A stretch of 20,179 nucleotides of DNA from Chthoniobacteraceae bacterium (GCA_031409335.1 JANNWY010000266.1:1-20179), one strand, 5' to 3'. Shown: positions 1-8,582, numbered from the stretch's first letter. Notes: generated by a model from the sequence alone, not told the origin. Translations and numbers: made by a program.

Positions 1-352
1 CCTTGCTCGATGAGATTGCCATACGTTATCCCAACCAAGCCATTACGCTGGTCATGGACCACGCCAGATACCAACATTGTGCCTTGGTGATCAGCAAAGC
101 TGCCGAGCTTGGCATCGAGTTGCTTTATTTGCCTGCGTACACCCCAAATCTGAATCTCATCGAGCGTCTTTGGAAGCTCGTCAAGAAGCGTTGCCTCACC
201 AATCGCCACTATGACAACTTTGAGAAGTTCCGCGCTGCCATCAATGATGGCCTGCGCGATGTCAACGGCGTCGCCAAGGCTGAACTCGACTCCCTTCTCA
301 CCCTTAGATTCCAGTTCTTCGGAAACTTAAAATCCTAATGCGCGCGAGAATA
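1..352 (+). mobile_element. Right end of IS630-family insertion sequence
   Basis: Transposase stop is followed by tgcgcgcgagaa and then TA at 351-352, where IS5-like coding sequence on the minus strand breaks off. IS630 elements duplicate a TA target. Confidence 0.75.
3..338 (+). CDS. IS630-family transposase, C-terminal part of DDE domain (5' truncated by window edge)
   Basis: Motifs LVMDHARYQH and LLYLPAYTPNLNLIERLWKLVK match the IS630/Tc1 DDE_3 signature (DNAxxH ... LPxYSPxLNxIExxW); stop TAA at 336-338. Confidence 0.93.
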   Translation: MLDEIAIRYPNQAITLVMDHARYQHCALVISKAAELGIELLYLPAYTPNLNLIERLWKLVKKRCLTNRHYDNFEKFRAAINDGLRDVNGVAKAELDSLLTLRFQFFGNLKS

Positions 353-488
353 GATAGATGGCGTTGAGAATGATCCGGCGCGAGTGCGTGATGGGACGCC
401 CGTCGGTACTGGGCTTGGGAAGGAGCGGTTCGAGGAGTTTCCATCCGAGGTCGCTGAGGTCGCTGAGATCGCTTTGGGATGAGCGCAT
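351..488 (-). pseudogene. IS5-family (IS1031-like) transposase N-terminus, interrupted by IS630
   Basis: Own translation of minus strand from ATG 488: MRSSQSDLSDLSDLGWKLLEPLLPKPSTDGRPITHSRRIILNAIYL. This matches the IS5 N-terminal pattern (Y)xSDLxDxxWxxxEPLLP...GRP...R.I.NAI.Y. Not in the ORF track. Confidence 0.85.
447..473. repeat. 9-bp tandem repeat x3 (GAGGTCGCT, GAGGTCGCT, GAGATCGCT)
   Basis: Directly visible; gives SDL-SDL-SDL in the IS5 transposase remnant. Confidence 0.9.
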
Positions 489-559
489 CCCAAGCTTGAT
501 GTATGGATGTTACGGATCGTACAAGTCCTAAATATTAAAGGGCTTTCCGGATGGGCTCT

Positions 560-670
560 GAGGCGGTGAAAGAATTGGATTTTACGGTGACGTTCTCGCC
601 AAAGGCGGAAACCATTCGGAAGCGCAAAGAGAACGGGCGGGAAAAGCGTTTCCGCAAGGGCAAGAATTGA
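560..670 (+). pseudogene. Orphan 3' tail of a gene cut by the IS5 insertion (possibly a tyrosine integrase C-terminus)
   Basis: Open frame begins at the IS target site: EAVKELDFTVTFSPKAETIRKRKENGREKRFRKGKN* (TGA 668-670). Identity is speculative. Confidence 0.4.
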
Positions 671-789
671 CGACTAACGGATTCATTGCTACCTGTGAAA
701 AAAAGTGATTGCGGTTGATGATACACCGCACGCGGTCACTCGATACACACAGCGGCTTCCCAACCCTGATATTTACAGGCTTCCGAGAC

Positions 790-816
790 GGAGGGGAACT
801 TTCCCCTCCCCGGCAC
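790..816 (+). other. Putative att site: displaced tRNA 3' fragment
   Basis: TT-CCCCT-CCCCGGC-A-C (801-816) has the layout T-loop end / 5-nt T-stem strand / 7-nt acceptor strand / discriminator. It is embedded in the inverted repeat GGAGGGGAA-ct-TTCCCCTCC and followed by the hairpin CTTTCC-ttcgcg-GGAAAG (816-833). Confidence 0.55.
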
Positions 817-912
817 TTTCCTTCGCGGGAAAGACAACCGCGACGCGAGCTTGACGCTTCTGCGGATTCGCCGACCGTCGAGAGCCGCGCAATTTTTCAA
901 CCATCCCCCGCC

Positions 913-3900
913 GTGCATTATCTCCGACTTCTAGTTTTCCTCCTTCTCGCCGACTTGGCAAGCGCGCAAGAGGTGCGCATCGCCGAGTTCCAGACGATCA
1001 ATACCAATGGCATCCGGGATGAGGATGGCACGACCCAGCCGTGGATCGAGTTGTGGAATGCGAGCACGACGGTCAAGACCCCGCTGACTGGCTGGTCGCT
1101 GACGGATGGCACGACGACGTGGAATATTCCCGCGGTGGAAATGGTGCCGGGTGAGCGGCTCGTGATTTGGGCCTCGGGGAAAAATCGCACGGTGGTGACC
1201 GCGCAATTGCATACGAATTTCACGCTGCCTGCCGGGGGCGGAACTTTGTCGCTGAAGCAGGGTGTGACGAATCGTTCGCGGTTTGTCGCCTACCCGGCCC
1301 AGGTGGCGAATACGTCGTGGGGCCGCGATCAGGCGGACTCCGCTGTCGATGCGGTGGTGATGGGGAAATACACGAATCCGACGCCGGGCGAGGCGAACAA
1401 TTATTCGGGCTCAGGCGTGTCGGGGAATGTGCTGATCTCGGAGCCGAGCCGGGCGTTTTCCGGAACGATGACGGTGACGCTCGCGCAGGAGACTCCAGTC
1501 GCGGGAGCGGTGATCCGCTACACCGTGAATGGAGCGGTGCCGATCGCGACATCGACGCTGTTTAACGTGGGGACGCCGATCAGCGTCGCGGCGACGACCC
1601 TGCTGAGAGCGCGCGTATTTGAGCCCGGGAAGCTGCCGGGCGAGACCGATGCATCAGGTTATCTGCGCCTTGATGCGACGACGACCGGCTTCAATACCGC
1701 TGCACCGATCATCGTGGTTTCGACGTTCGGGCTCGCGATCCCCGATACCGGGGATCAGCCGGCTTTCATGTGGGTGTGGGAGCCGGGCGCGGATTTGCGC
1801 GCGCGATTCTTGAACGCGGGGGTGCCGGTGCTGCCGACGCTGGCGACGCGCTGCGCCGTGGACAAGCGCGGCTCGTCCACCCTAAACAATGCGAAGACGA
1901 ACTTTAATCTCGAGGTGCGCAAGGAACGCGACGACGTGGACAAAGACGTCTCGCTGCTGGGAATGCCGGACGGTTCGGATTGGGTCTTTCACGCGCCTTT
2001 CGCATTCGATCCCTCGCTGCTTCACAATCCGCTGGCGTATGCGATGAGCAACAGCATCGGGCGGCAGGCGATGCGGACACGGATGGCGGAGGTCTTCGTC
2101 GAGACGACCAGCGGCACGCTGGTCCTCGGTGCCGGAGCCAGCGGCGATTATTTTGGGATCTACAATGTGATGGAAAAAATCCGGCGCGGAAAAGACCGCG
2201 TGGACATCGAGAAGCTCGACACCTACGACAACGATCCGGTGAACAAAACGGGTGGCTACATATTCAAAGTCGATCGCCAGGACTCGGGCGACACCGGATT
2301 TACTGCGGGAGGAGCCACGCTGGCCTACTACTATCCGAAGGAAATCGAAATCAAATCGCCGCAGCGCGACCCACAGGAGGTGGCGCTCACGAGCTATATT
2401 AATTCGTTTAAGACCGCGCTCGATAGCGCGACCTATACCAATCCGACCACCGGATATGCGGCATGGCTCGACGTGCCGGAGGCGATCGATCACCACCTGC
2501 TGAATGTGTGGGCATTCAACGTCGATGCGCTGCGACTCAGCGGCTACCTTCACAAGGAGCGCGGTGGAAAAATTCTGTTCGGGCCGGTCTGGGATTTTGA
2601 TCGCGCGCTTTCCTCGACCGATGGCCGCGACGCGAATCCCGCCGTGTGGCGTTCGCAAACTGCGGATCAGGGAACGGATTTTTTCAACTACGCCCCGTGG
2701 TGGCCCCGACTCTTCTCGGACGCGAATTTTTACCAGAAATACATCGACCGCTGGGTGGAGCTGCGTCGCGGAGCGTATTCTCCGACGGCGGTGAATGCGC
2801 TGATCGACTCGCTGAATGCACAGCTTACTGCGGAAGGTGTGGCCCGCGATCTGGCGCGGTGGGGACAGGCAAAGCGCGCGTGGATGCGCCCGTTTCCAGC
2901 GCCGAATAACAACACGATCCCCGCGAGCCAGGCCGCCGAAGTGCAGCGCCTGAAAGACTACCTGCAACAACGCGCGAATTTTTTCGAGACGCAGTGGGTG
3001 AAGCCGGTGACTCTGAGCAACGCGGGCGGCAACATCGCCCCCGGCCTGATCCTCTCGATGACCACGGAAGCAGGCGCGACGATCCGCTATACGCTCGATG
3101 GTTCCGACCCGCGCCCGAGCGGTGGCGGAGCGGCGGCCGCGGGCGTGCTGACCTACACCGCGCCGATCACCATCAATGCGACGACGCGCGTGAGGGCGCG
3201 CGCATACTGGACCGCCAAACCAGGCGTGCTGACCGGCCCGAACAATCCGCCGCTGCGCAGCTCGTGGAGCGGGCTTGCCGACGCGCGTTTTTCGACCGAC
3301 ACGCCCGCGGAGGCGGTCAATTTAGCGGTCACGGAGTTGAGCTATCATCCGGCGAATCCGACGCCGGCGGAGTTGGTCATCAATCCCCTGTTCGCGTCAT
3401 CGGACTTTGAATTCATCGAGTTGAAAAACATCGGCGCAACCGTGATCGACCTCGGTGGATTGCAGGTCACGCTCGGGGTGACATTCACCGTCACCAACGA
3501 CCTGGCGCTGACGCTTGCGCCGGGAGCGTTTGTCATCATCGCAGCAAATCCAGCGGCGCTGGCGGCGCGCTATGGCGCGCTGGCAAATGTCGTCGGGCCA
3601 TTTGCCGGCGATCTCAGCGACGCGGGCGAGCAGATCGTGATCAAATCACTTGCTGGCGCGACCATCGCCGACTTCACGTACGATGACGAGTGGCACTCCT
3701 CGACCGACGGTCCCGGAAACACCCTCGCCATCTTCGACCCGATGGCTGCCGCGGCGGCCTTCAGCGATTCCGCAAACTGGCGTGCGAGCGCTGCGGTCGG
3801 CGGATCGCCGGGTGCCGATGAGCCAAATCGCGCGCCAGTCGTGATCCCCGGGCCAAGCGCATCCGGCGACCTCACCGGCATCGCGCTTACCGCCACCAAG

Positions 3901-4485
3901 GCGGACGATCGCCAGCCGAACTTTCCCGGAATGCTCACCTACGCATGGTCCCTTTCCGGCGGTCCGGGAAACGCGATTTTCACGCCAGGAAACGAACTGC
4001 TGACCACGGCGAGTTTCACCCTCCCCGGCATCTACATCGCGCGGCTCACGGCCAATGATGGCAGCCTTTCGGGATTTGCGGACATCACCGTTTTTGCCAA
4101 AGACACACCGCCCGCCTGGCTCGCGCGCCACCCTGGCATCGGCACGCTGGACGACGATTTCGATCTCGATGGCTGGAACAATTTCACCGAGTTCAGCCTC
4201 GGCCTCGATGCGGAGTTGCCGGACGTGAATGCGCGTCCCGTCACGGTCCTCGAAAATGGCCATCTCACGATGACTTTCTCGCGCATCAAACCACCCGCCA
4301 GCGTGATCTACGCGATCGAAGTCGCCGATGATCCCACCGCGTTTCGCGCGCCAAATCCCGGCGAAGTCACCGAGCAAATCCTCGCTGACAATGGCATCAC
4401 GCAAACCGTGAAAATGGTGGACACCGCGAGCACCGCCGGTCCCGCCACGCGCTACATCCGGCTGAAGATCCGCCCCGCTCCGTAG
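913..4485 (+). CDS. Secreted CotH kinase-family protein with lamin-tail, Fn3-associated/chitobiase-like and PKD-like domains
   Basis: GTG 913 gives signal peptide MHYLRLLVFLLLADLASA|Q. LTD motifs: IAEFQTIN...DEDG...WIELWN and AVTELSYHP...FEFIELKN. Fn3-associated motifs: IRYTVNG, IRYTLDGSDP. CotH motifs: KRGSST, YFGIYNVMEKI, GPVWDFDRAL. PKD-like: YAWSLSGGPG...GIYIARLTANDG. Confidence 0.88.
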   Translation: MHYLRLLVFLLLADLASAQEVRIAEFQTINTNGIRDEDGTTQPWIELWNASTTVKTPLTGWSLTDGTTTWNIPAVEMVPGERLVIWASGKNRTVVTAQLHTNFTLPAGGGTLSLKQGVTNRSRFVAYPAQVANTSWGRDQADSAVDAVVMGKYTNPTPGEANNYSGSGVSGNVLISEPSRAFSGTMTVTLAQETPVAGAVIRYTVNGAVPIATSTLFNVGTPISVAATTLLRARVFEPGKLPGETDASGYLRLDATTTGFNTAAPIIVVSTFGLAIPDTGDQPAFMWVWEPGADLRARFLNAGVPVLPTLATRCAVDKRGSSTLNNAKTNFNLEVRKERDDVDKDVSLLGMPDGSDWVFHAPFAFDPSLLHNPLAYAMSNSIGRQAMRTRMAEVFVETTSGTLVLGAGASGDYFGIYNVMEKIRRGKDRVDIEKLDTYDNDPVNKTGGYIFKVDRQDSGDTGFTAGGATLAYYYPKEIEIKSPQRDPQEVALTSYINSFKTALDSATYTNPTTGYAAWLDVPEAIDHHLLNVWAFNVDALRLSGYLHKERGGKILFGPVWDFDRALSSTDGRDANPAVWRSQTADQGTDFFNYAPWWPRLFSDANFYQKYIDRWVELRRGAYSPTAVNALIDSLNAQLTAEGVARDLARWGQAKRAWMRPFPAPNNNTIPASQAAEVQRLKDYLQQRANFFETQWVKPVTLSNAGGNIAPGLILSMTTEAGATIRYTLDGSDPRPSGGGAAAAGVLTYTAPITINATTRVRARAYWTAKPGVLTGPNNPPLRSSWSGLADARFSTDTPAEAVNLAVTELSYHPANPTPAELVINPLFASSDFEFIELKNIGATVIDLGGLQVTLGVTFTVTNDLALTLAPGAFVIIAANPAALAARYGALANVVGPFAGDLSDAGEQIVIKSLAGATIADFTYDDEWHSSTDGPGNTLAIFDPMAAAAAFSDSANWRASAAVGGSPGADEPNRAPVVIPGPSASGDLTGIALTATKADDRQPNFPGMLTYAWSLSGGPGNAIFTPGNELLTTASFTLPGIYIARLTANDGSLSGFADITVFAKDTPPAWLARHPGIGTLDDDFDLDGWNNFTEFSLGLDAELPDVNARPVTVLENGHLTMTFSRIKPPASVIYAIEVADDPTAFRAPNPGEVTEQILADNGITQTVKMVDTASTAGPATRYIRLKIRPAP

Positions 4486-4497
4486 CGCAAGCATCGG

Positions 4498-5931
4498 CTA
4501 CTGCTCCACGAGTTCACGCACGCGGATCGTCGTCTCGCCCGTCGCGCCCTTGCGCACATCGCGGATTTCGTAGCCGGAGATTTCATCGCGATCCATGCTC
4601 GCACCTTCCTCGGGCGGCGTGCTGCCGTTTGGGTATTCCACCATGACGCGCACCGTGGTATCCGCGACGCCCGTCGCGGCTGCGCGCGGACGCAGCACCG
4701 CAAAATTTCCGGCCCTCGCGGTGACGACGAAATTTCCCCGCAAATAAATCGGCGTGGGCGGAATCCCGCCTTCCATCGCGGCGGCTTCCTCGGCCGAGAC
4801 TGCGCGCCCTGCCGGGAGGCCGCCGGGTTTGTAAGTGCGCCACGTATTCCCCTGCGCGGACGGCAGGTTCGAATCCGGCTTCGACGCGATGAACGGTTTG
4901 AAAACACCGACCGGCAGATTCGGCACCGGGGTCGCGACCGCCACGGGCTTCGACACGCCCGGAAGCGTCGCCACTTCGATCGGCACTTTGCGCGGATTCG
5001 TCGTGCCTTTCCCCGCGAGGGGGATCGGCGTGGCGACTGGAATCTCCGGCAGCGAGCCGGTCGCGGGGATTTTCGTGCCATCGGGATTGTCGAGCCGCAC
5101 GATCTGCGGCGCCCGCGGTTCGGGTGATTCCGGCTCCGCGGCGGGATGAATCCGGCGGTAGTCGGTGAATTTTTTCATCGCCGCTTCCACCCGCGTCGCC
5201 GTCGTGATCGGGAGCCCGCCTTCGACATGAAGATCGCGCGGCGGCTCGGTCGAAAAAGTGCCCACGCCCCCGTTCAGCGCGTAGCCGCCGTACGTGAGCG
5301 GGACGACCGTGAACTGCATCCGGCCATCGGCGACCCGCTCAATGTGGATGATCGCGCCATGATCGTAAGTGCGTTTGAGGATGATCGGATTGCCAATCGT
5401 CAGGAGCGCCCGCGCCTTGGTGATCTCGCTGTCTTTCATCGGGTAAAGATGCTCGATCAAGACCTGCGGGTAATCGTTCGACACCCCGATGGCGACCATG
5501 CCACTCGTCATGAAATTCTTCCCAGTCAGCAGCTCCGCATCGGCGATCGTGAAATCGCCCGTGGCATACGGCACCAGCTTTTTTGTTTCACGATAGTTGG
5601 TGACGTAAGTGCGGAGCAGTTCCTCGTTCTCGCGCTGGAGCTGAAGCGTCGAATACTTGCTGTATTTCTCGAACAGCCGCTTCGCGCTCATGTAGTCGCC
5701 CTGCGGAGCCTTCGTGATCTCGAAGCGCTTCGGCGGATCGATCTTTTTCACCTTTTGCAGGATGCGATAATTCCGCGCCTGCTCGGGATGGCCGAAGATG
5801 TAAAAGCTGCCCAGCCAGCACGCGAAGGCGAGGCCGATCAGCAGCAGAATGAAAACCGTCCAAATGAAGAGATTGTCGCGCTTCTTCGGCGCGGGCTCGT
5901 CTTCGTCGTAATCGTATGATTCGTCCGGCAT
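4498..5931 (-). CDS. Hypothetical membrane-anchored protein with Pro-rich linker
   Basis: 477-aa ORF: acidic N-terminus, one TM helix (LFIWTVFILLLIGLAFACWLGSFYIF), globular region, Pro-rich segment, small C-terminal domain. Starts 21 bp after the erpA/iscA stop. Confidence 0.82.
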   Translation of the reverse strand: MPDESYDYDEDEPAPKKRDNLFIWTVFILLLIGLAFACWLGSFYIFGHPEQARNYRILQKVKKIDPPKRFEITKAPQGDYMSAKRLFEKYSKYSTLQLQRENEELLRTYVTNYRETKKLVPYATGDFTIADAELLTGKNFMTSGMVAIGVSNDYPQVLIEHLYPMKDSEITKARALLTIGNPIILKRTYDHGAIIHIERVADGRMQFTVVPLTYGGYALNGGVGTFSTEPPRDLHVEGGLPITTATRVEAAMKKFTDYRRIHPAAEPESPEPRAPQIVRLDNPDGTKIPATGSLPEIPVATPIPLAGKGTTNPRKVPIEVATLPGVSKPVAVATPVPNLPVGVFKPFIASKPDSNLPSAQGNTWRTYKPGGLPAGRAVSAEEAAAMEGGIPPTPIYLRGNFVVTARAGNFAVLRPRAAATGVADTTVRVMVEYPNGSTPPEEGASMDRDEISGYEIRDVRKGATGETTIRVRELVEQ

Positions 5932-5952
5932 TTTCCTGAACGCGGACGCGCG

Positions 5953-6303
5953 CTAGTGTCCGTGTGCTTCGCCGCCCGCGTCCGCCGTTTCAAACGAAGT
6001 CCCGCAGCCGCAACTGCGCACCGCGTTCGGATTCTTGATGCGAAAGCCCGCGCCCGCGAGGTCGTCCGCGTAGTCGATCGTCGCGCCTTCGAGGAAAGTC
6101 GCGCTCTCTGGATCGACGATCACTTTCACCCCGCCGCGCTCGAACAACTGGTCGCCTTCGCCCGCGTGATCGAGCGACATCCCGTACTGCATCCCAGCGC
6201 ATCCACCCTTTTCCACAAAAATGCGCAGGCCCTTCGCGGCATCATCCTGTGCGCGGACGAGCGTCTGGAGCTGCTGGACGGCGGAATCGGTGACAGTGAG
6301 CAT
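5953..6303 (-). CDS. A-type Fe-S carrier (HesB/IscA/ErpA family)
   Basis: MLTVTDSA start at 6303; motifs GGCAGMQY and NPNAVRSCGCGTSF. Confidence 0.95.
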   Translation of the reverse strand: MLTVTDSAVQQLQTLVRAQDDAAKGLRIFVEKGGCAGMQYGMSLDHAGEGDQLFERGGVKVIVDPESATFLEGATIDYADDLAGAGFRIKNPNAVRSCGCGTSFETADAGGEAHGH

Positions 6304-6312
6304 GGCGTGAGG

Positions 6313-6341
6313 ATAGTAGGACGATTGGCGCGGAGTGCCAA
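6313..6341 (-). promoter_or_regulatory. sigma70-type promoter for erpA/iscA
   Basis: TTGGCA-N17-TACTAT, 9 nt before ATG; no Shine-Dalgarno. Confidence 0.55.
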
Positions 6342-6472
6342 GTGGCAAAGAGAACTGTCGGGAAAACCATCAGCACTTCACCGGGGGATTGTGAGTTTGG
6401 GAGGATAATCCCCAACCTCAGATTCCGAATTTCAATTCAGCGGCACACCGCGGGTTCCGGTGACTTGGGATT

Positions 6473-7036
6473 TCAGAATCCCCGCGATCGCGGCTCGCGA
6501 TCCTTCACCGTCGCCGTGCTCGGCAGCGAGACGAACGGCCCACCATCCATCGGCGCGGCTTTGGTGAAGGCGACGCCGGGCACGTCGCTGGCCTTGCCGG
6601 CGAGCGGGAAATCTTTGCGCAGCGGATAAAATGGGTAGCCTTCCCACATCAAAATCCTGCGCAGATCAGGATGGCCGGTGAAGTGGATGCCCATCATGTC
6701 GAAGATTTCGCGCTCATGCCAGTCGGCAGTCGCCCAGATGTCGCTGACGGTTCCCGCGGAGAGATCGTCTTCCGATACGCGGATCTTCAGCCGCAGGTGA
6801 ATGGAAGTCGCGAGCTGGCTCAGTTCGTACACGATTTCAAAGCGCGGCTCGTCGCCGAAATGATCCACGCCGCTGATGTCGATGAGGTAATCGAAGCCGA
6901 GTGTGTCGCGGCAGAACAACGCGAGATCGTGGATCGCGGCGCGCTCGACGATGAGCGTCGTTTCACCGCGGAATTCGACTTTGGCGAGGACCTTGAATTT
7001 GCTCTCAATGGAGCGGACGGAATCGGCGAGGGCCAT
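6473..7036 (-). CDS. nuoC: NADH-quinone oxidoreductase subunit C
   Basis: Start MALADSV at 7036 (the ORF-track extension overlaps nuoB). Motifs RFEIVYEL and ADWHEREIFDMMGIHFTGHPDLRRILMWEGYPFYPLRKDFPL. Confidence 0.95.
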   Translation of the reverse strand: MALADSVRSIESKFKVLAKVEFRGETTLIVERAAIHDLALFCRDTLGFDYLIDISGVDHFGDEPRFEIVYELSQLATSIHLRLKIRVSEDDLSAGTVSDIWATADWHEREIFDMMGIHFTGHPDLRRILMWEGYPFYPLRKDFPLAGKASDVPGVAFTKAAPMDGGPFVSLPSTATVKDREPRSRGF

Positions 7037-7044
7037 GGGCAAGA

Positions 7045-7572
7045 TCAGGCGCGGAGTTCGGCGAAGAATTGTTTCTTCTGCTCGCGCAGCGCGGGCTCGG
7101 TGTCGATCTTGCGCTGGAGCCGCAGCAGGCCCTCGATGAGCGCCTCGGGCCGCGGCGGGCAGCCGGATATATAGACATCGACGGGGATGAGCTGGTCGAT
7201 GCCTTGCAGCACGGCGTAGCTGCGATACATGCCGCCGCTCGACGCGCACGCGCCCATCGCGATGCACCATCTTGGCTCGGGCATTTGATCCCAGATGCGT
7301 TTGACGGCGAGCGCCATTTTGTAAGTGACGGTGCCGGCGACGATCATCACGTCGCTCTGACGCGGGGAAAAGCGCATCACTTCCGCGCCGAACCGCGAGA
7401 TGTCGAAGCGGGACGCGCCCGTGGCCATGAGTTCGATGGCGCAGCAGGCGAGGCCCATCGGCATGGGCCAGAGCGAGTTTTTTCGCATCCAGTTCATCGC
7501 GGCATCGACTCTGGTGAAGATGATGTTTCCCTCGATCTTGGAGTCGTAGGCGACCGGCGCTTCGGTAGGCAT
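7045..7572 (-). CDS. nuoB: NADH-quinone oxidoreductase subunit B
   Basis: Motifs [37 protein letters not shown] and [16 protein letters not shown]; start MPTEAP at 7572. Confidence 0.96.
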   Translation of the reverse strand: MPTEAPVAYDSKIEGNIIFTRVDAAMNWMRKNSLWPMPMGLACCAIELMATGASRFDISRFGAEVMRFSPRQSDVMIVAGTVTYKMALAVKRIWDQMPEPRWCIAMGACASSGGMYRSYAVLQGIDQLIPVDVYISGCPPRPEALIEGLLRLQRKIDTEPALREQKKQFFAELRA

Positions 7573-7578
7573 GGGCGG

Positions 7579-7607
7579 ATACTTAGAGGCCGCGTTCGGA
7601 GCGGCAA
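7579..7607 (-). promoter_or_regulatory. Candidate sigma70 promoter for nuoB
   Basis: TTGCCG-N17-AAGTAT, 6 nt before ATG; weak -10. Confidence 0.4.
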
Positions 7608-7613
7608 GCGATT

Positions 7614-7631
7614 TTGTGAAAAGTTTCACAA
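7614..7631. promoter_or_regulatory. Rex operator (ROP)
   Basis: TTGTGAA-AAGT-TTCACAA is a perfect match to the Rex consensus TTGTGAA-N4-TTCACAA, 41 bp upstream of nuoB. Confidence 0.78.
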
Positions 7632-8582
7632 AGTCGGTTTCGCGAGCGATTCGGCGAGCGCGGCCCGCACTTCCACGAGATCGGGGCGCTGGTCGCGAAA
7701 CAGAAAATTCGCGACGTTTGCCCACATGAAATCGCGCGCGACCCGCGCGGCGAATTCGGGCTCGCCGCGATGCACGTGAGCCATCGCGCGGGCGGCGGCG
7801 ATCTGCTCCTGCTTGTCGGGGCTCACGAGACTCGCCGAGTAGTCAAACGCGGCGTTCACTTCCGCGAGCTCCGCATTTTCCAGCGACCAATCCTGATCCA
7901 GCAGCGCGGCGGGGATCGTTTTCGTGAGCTTGAAAACCACGGTGCAGGCGCGCTTCACCTCGCTGTCGAATTCAAAATACTCGCGCAGCCGGTATTGGAT
8001 GAGGTGAATCCAACCCGTGTAAAAGTGCGCGAAATCCTGATGGGCGACGAGGCCCGTTCCCGCGATGAGTTGCGGGAAAAAATCGCGCACGATGACGCGG
8101 GCGGTGTCCGGCGATTTCATCGCATCGACAAACAGCAACTCGATCGGACCCGCGCTCCAGGGATGCGCGCGGACATCCCCCGGATGGACGGTGAAATGCT
8201 CCTGATACGCCTTGGTGCGCGCCTGGAATTCCGGCAGAAAACTGTCGCCAGCCTTGAATCTTCCCTCGAGCGAGGTGCCCTTCACTTCCCGATCCATCGT
8301 CGCGTGCCATTTGAAAAGATCGTAGCTGTGAATGCGCTTGCGAAAGGCACCCGGCGCGAGCCTGGGATTTTTCCGGAGACCCCGCGAAAACGCGATCGTC
8401 GTGGCACCCAGCCAGCACCCGAGGTCCACGATCTCGCCGGCGCCGGTGTAACGGTCGCGCGCATAGTGGCGGCAGAAAGTTTGCTCGGATTTGACCGTCA
8501 TCCCGAGATACACCCCGCCCGGAGGAGGCGGGGTCTTGGTAACCCCAAGCACTTTGCGCAACAGAGATGAGACGCGGGACAT
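7626..8582 (-). CDS. Class I SAM-dependent methyltransferase (Methyltransf_24-like)
   Basis: Motif [41 protein letters not shown]. Likely start MSRVSS at 8582. Confidence 0.8.
   Translation of the reverse strand: MSRVSSLLRKVLGVTKTPPPPGGVYLGMTVKSEQTFCRHYARDRYTGAGEIVDLGCWLGATTIAFSRGLRKNPRLAPGAFRKRIHSYDLFKWHATMDREVKGTSLEGRFKAGDSFLPEFQARTKAYQEHFTVHPGDVRAHPWSAGPIELLFVDAMKSPDTARVIVRDFFPQLIAGTGLVAHQDFAHFYTGWIHLIQYRLREYFEFDSEVKRACTVVFKLTKTIPAALLDQDWSLENAELAEVNAAFDYSASLVSPDKQEQIAAARAMAHVHRGEPEFAARVARDFMWANVANFLFRDQRPDLVEVRAALAESLAKPTL

Larger units (their letters stand above)
351..558 (-). mobile_element. Left part of IS5/IS1031-group element with terminal IR
   Basis: Minus strand reads TCA|GAGCCCATCCGGAAAGCC from 561/558. 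A GAG terminus and TNA target are typical of the IS1031 group. The transposase start lies 70 bp inside. Confidence 0.72.

Noticed and set aside
535..726. 63-aa minus-strand ORF
   Set aside because: It crosses the IS end and is antisense to the more plausible gene tail; no motif.
709..912. N-terminal extension of the CotH ORF from 709
   Set aside because: It runs through the putative att and hairpins; a clean signal peptide begins at GTG 913.
7037..7270. Long N-terminus of the nuoC ORF
   Set aside because: It overlaps nuoB in another frame; NuoC similarity starts at 7036.
7613..7632. Palindrome as parS
   Set aside because: It does not match TGTTTCACGTGAAACA, but matches Rex exactly.
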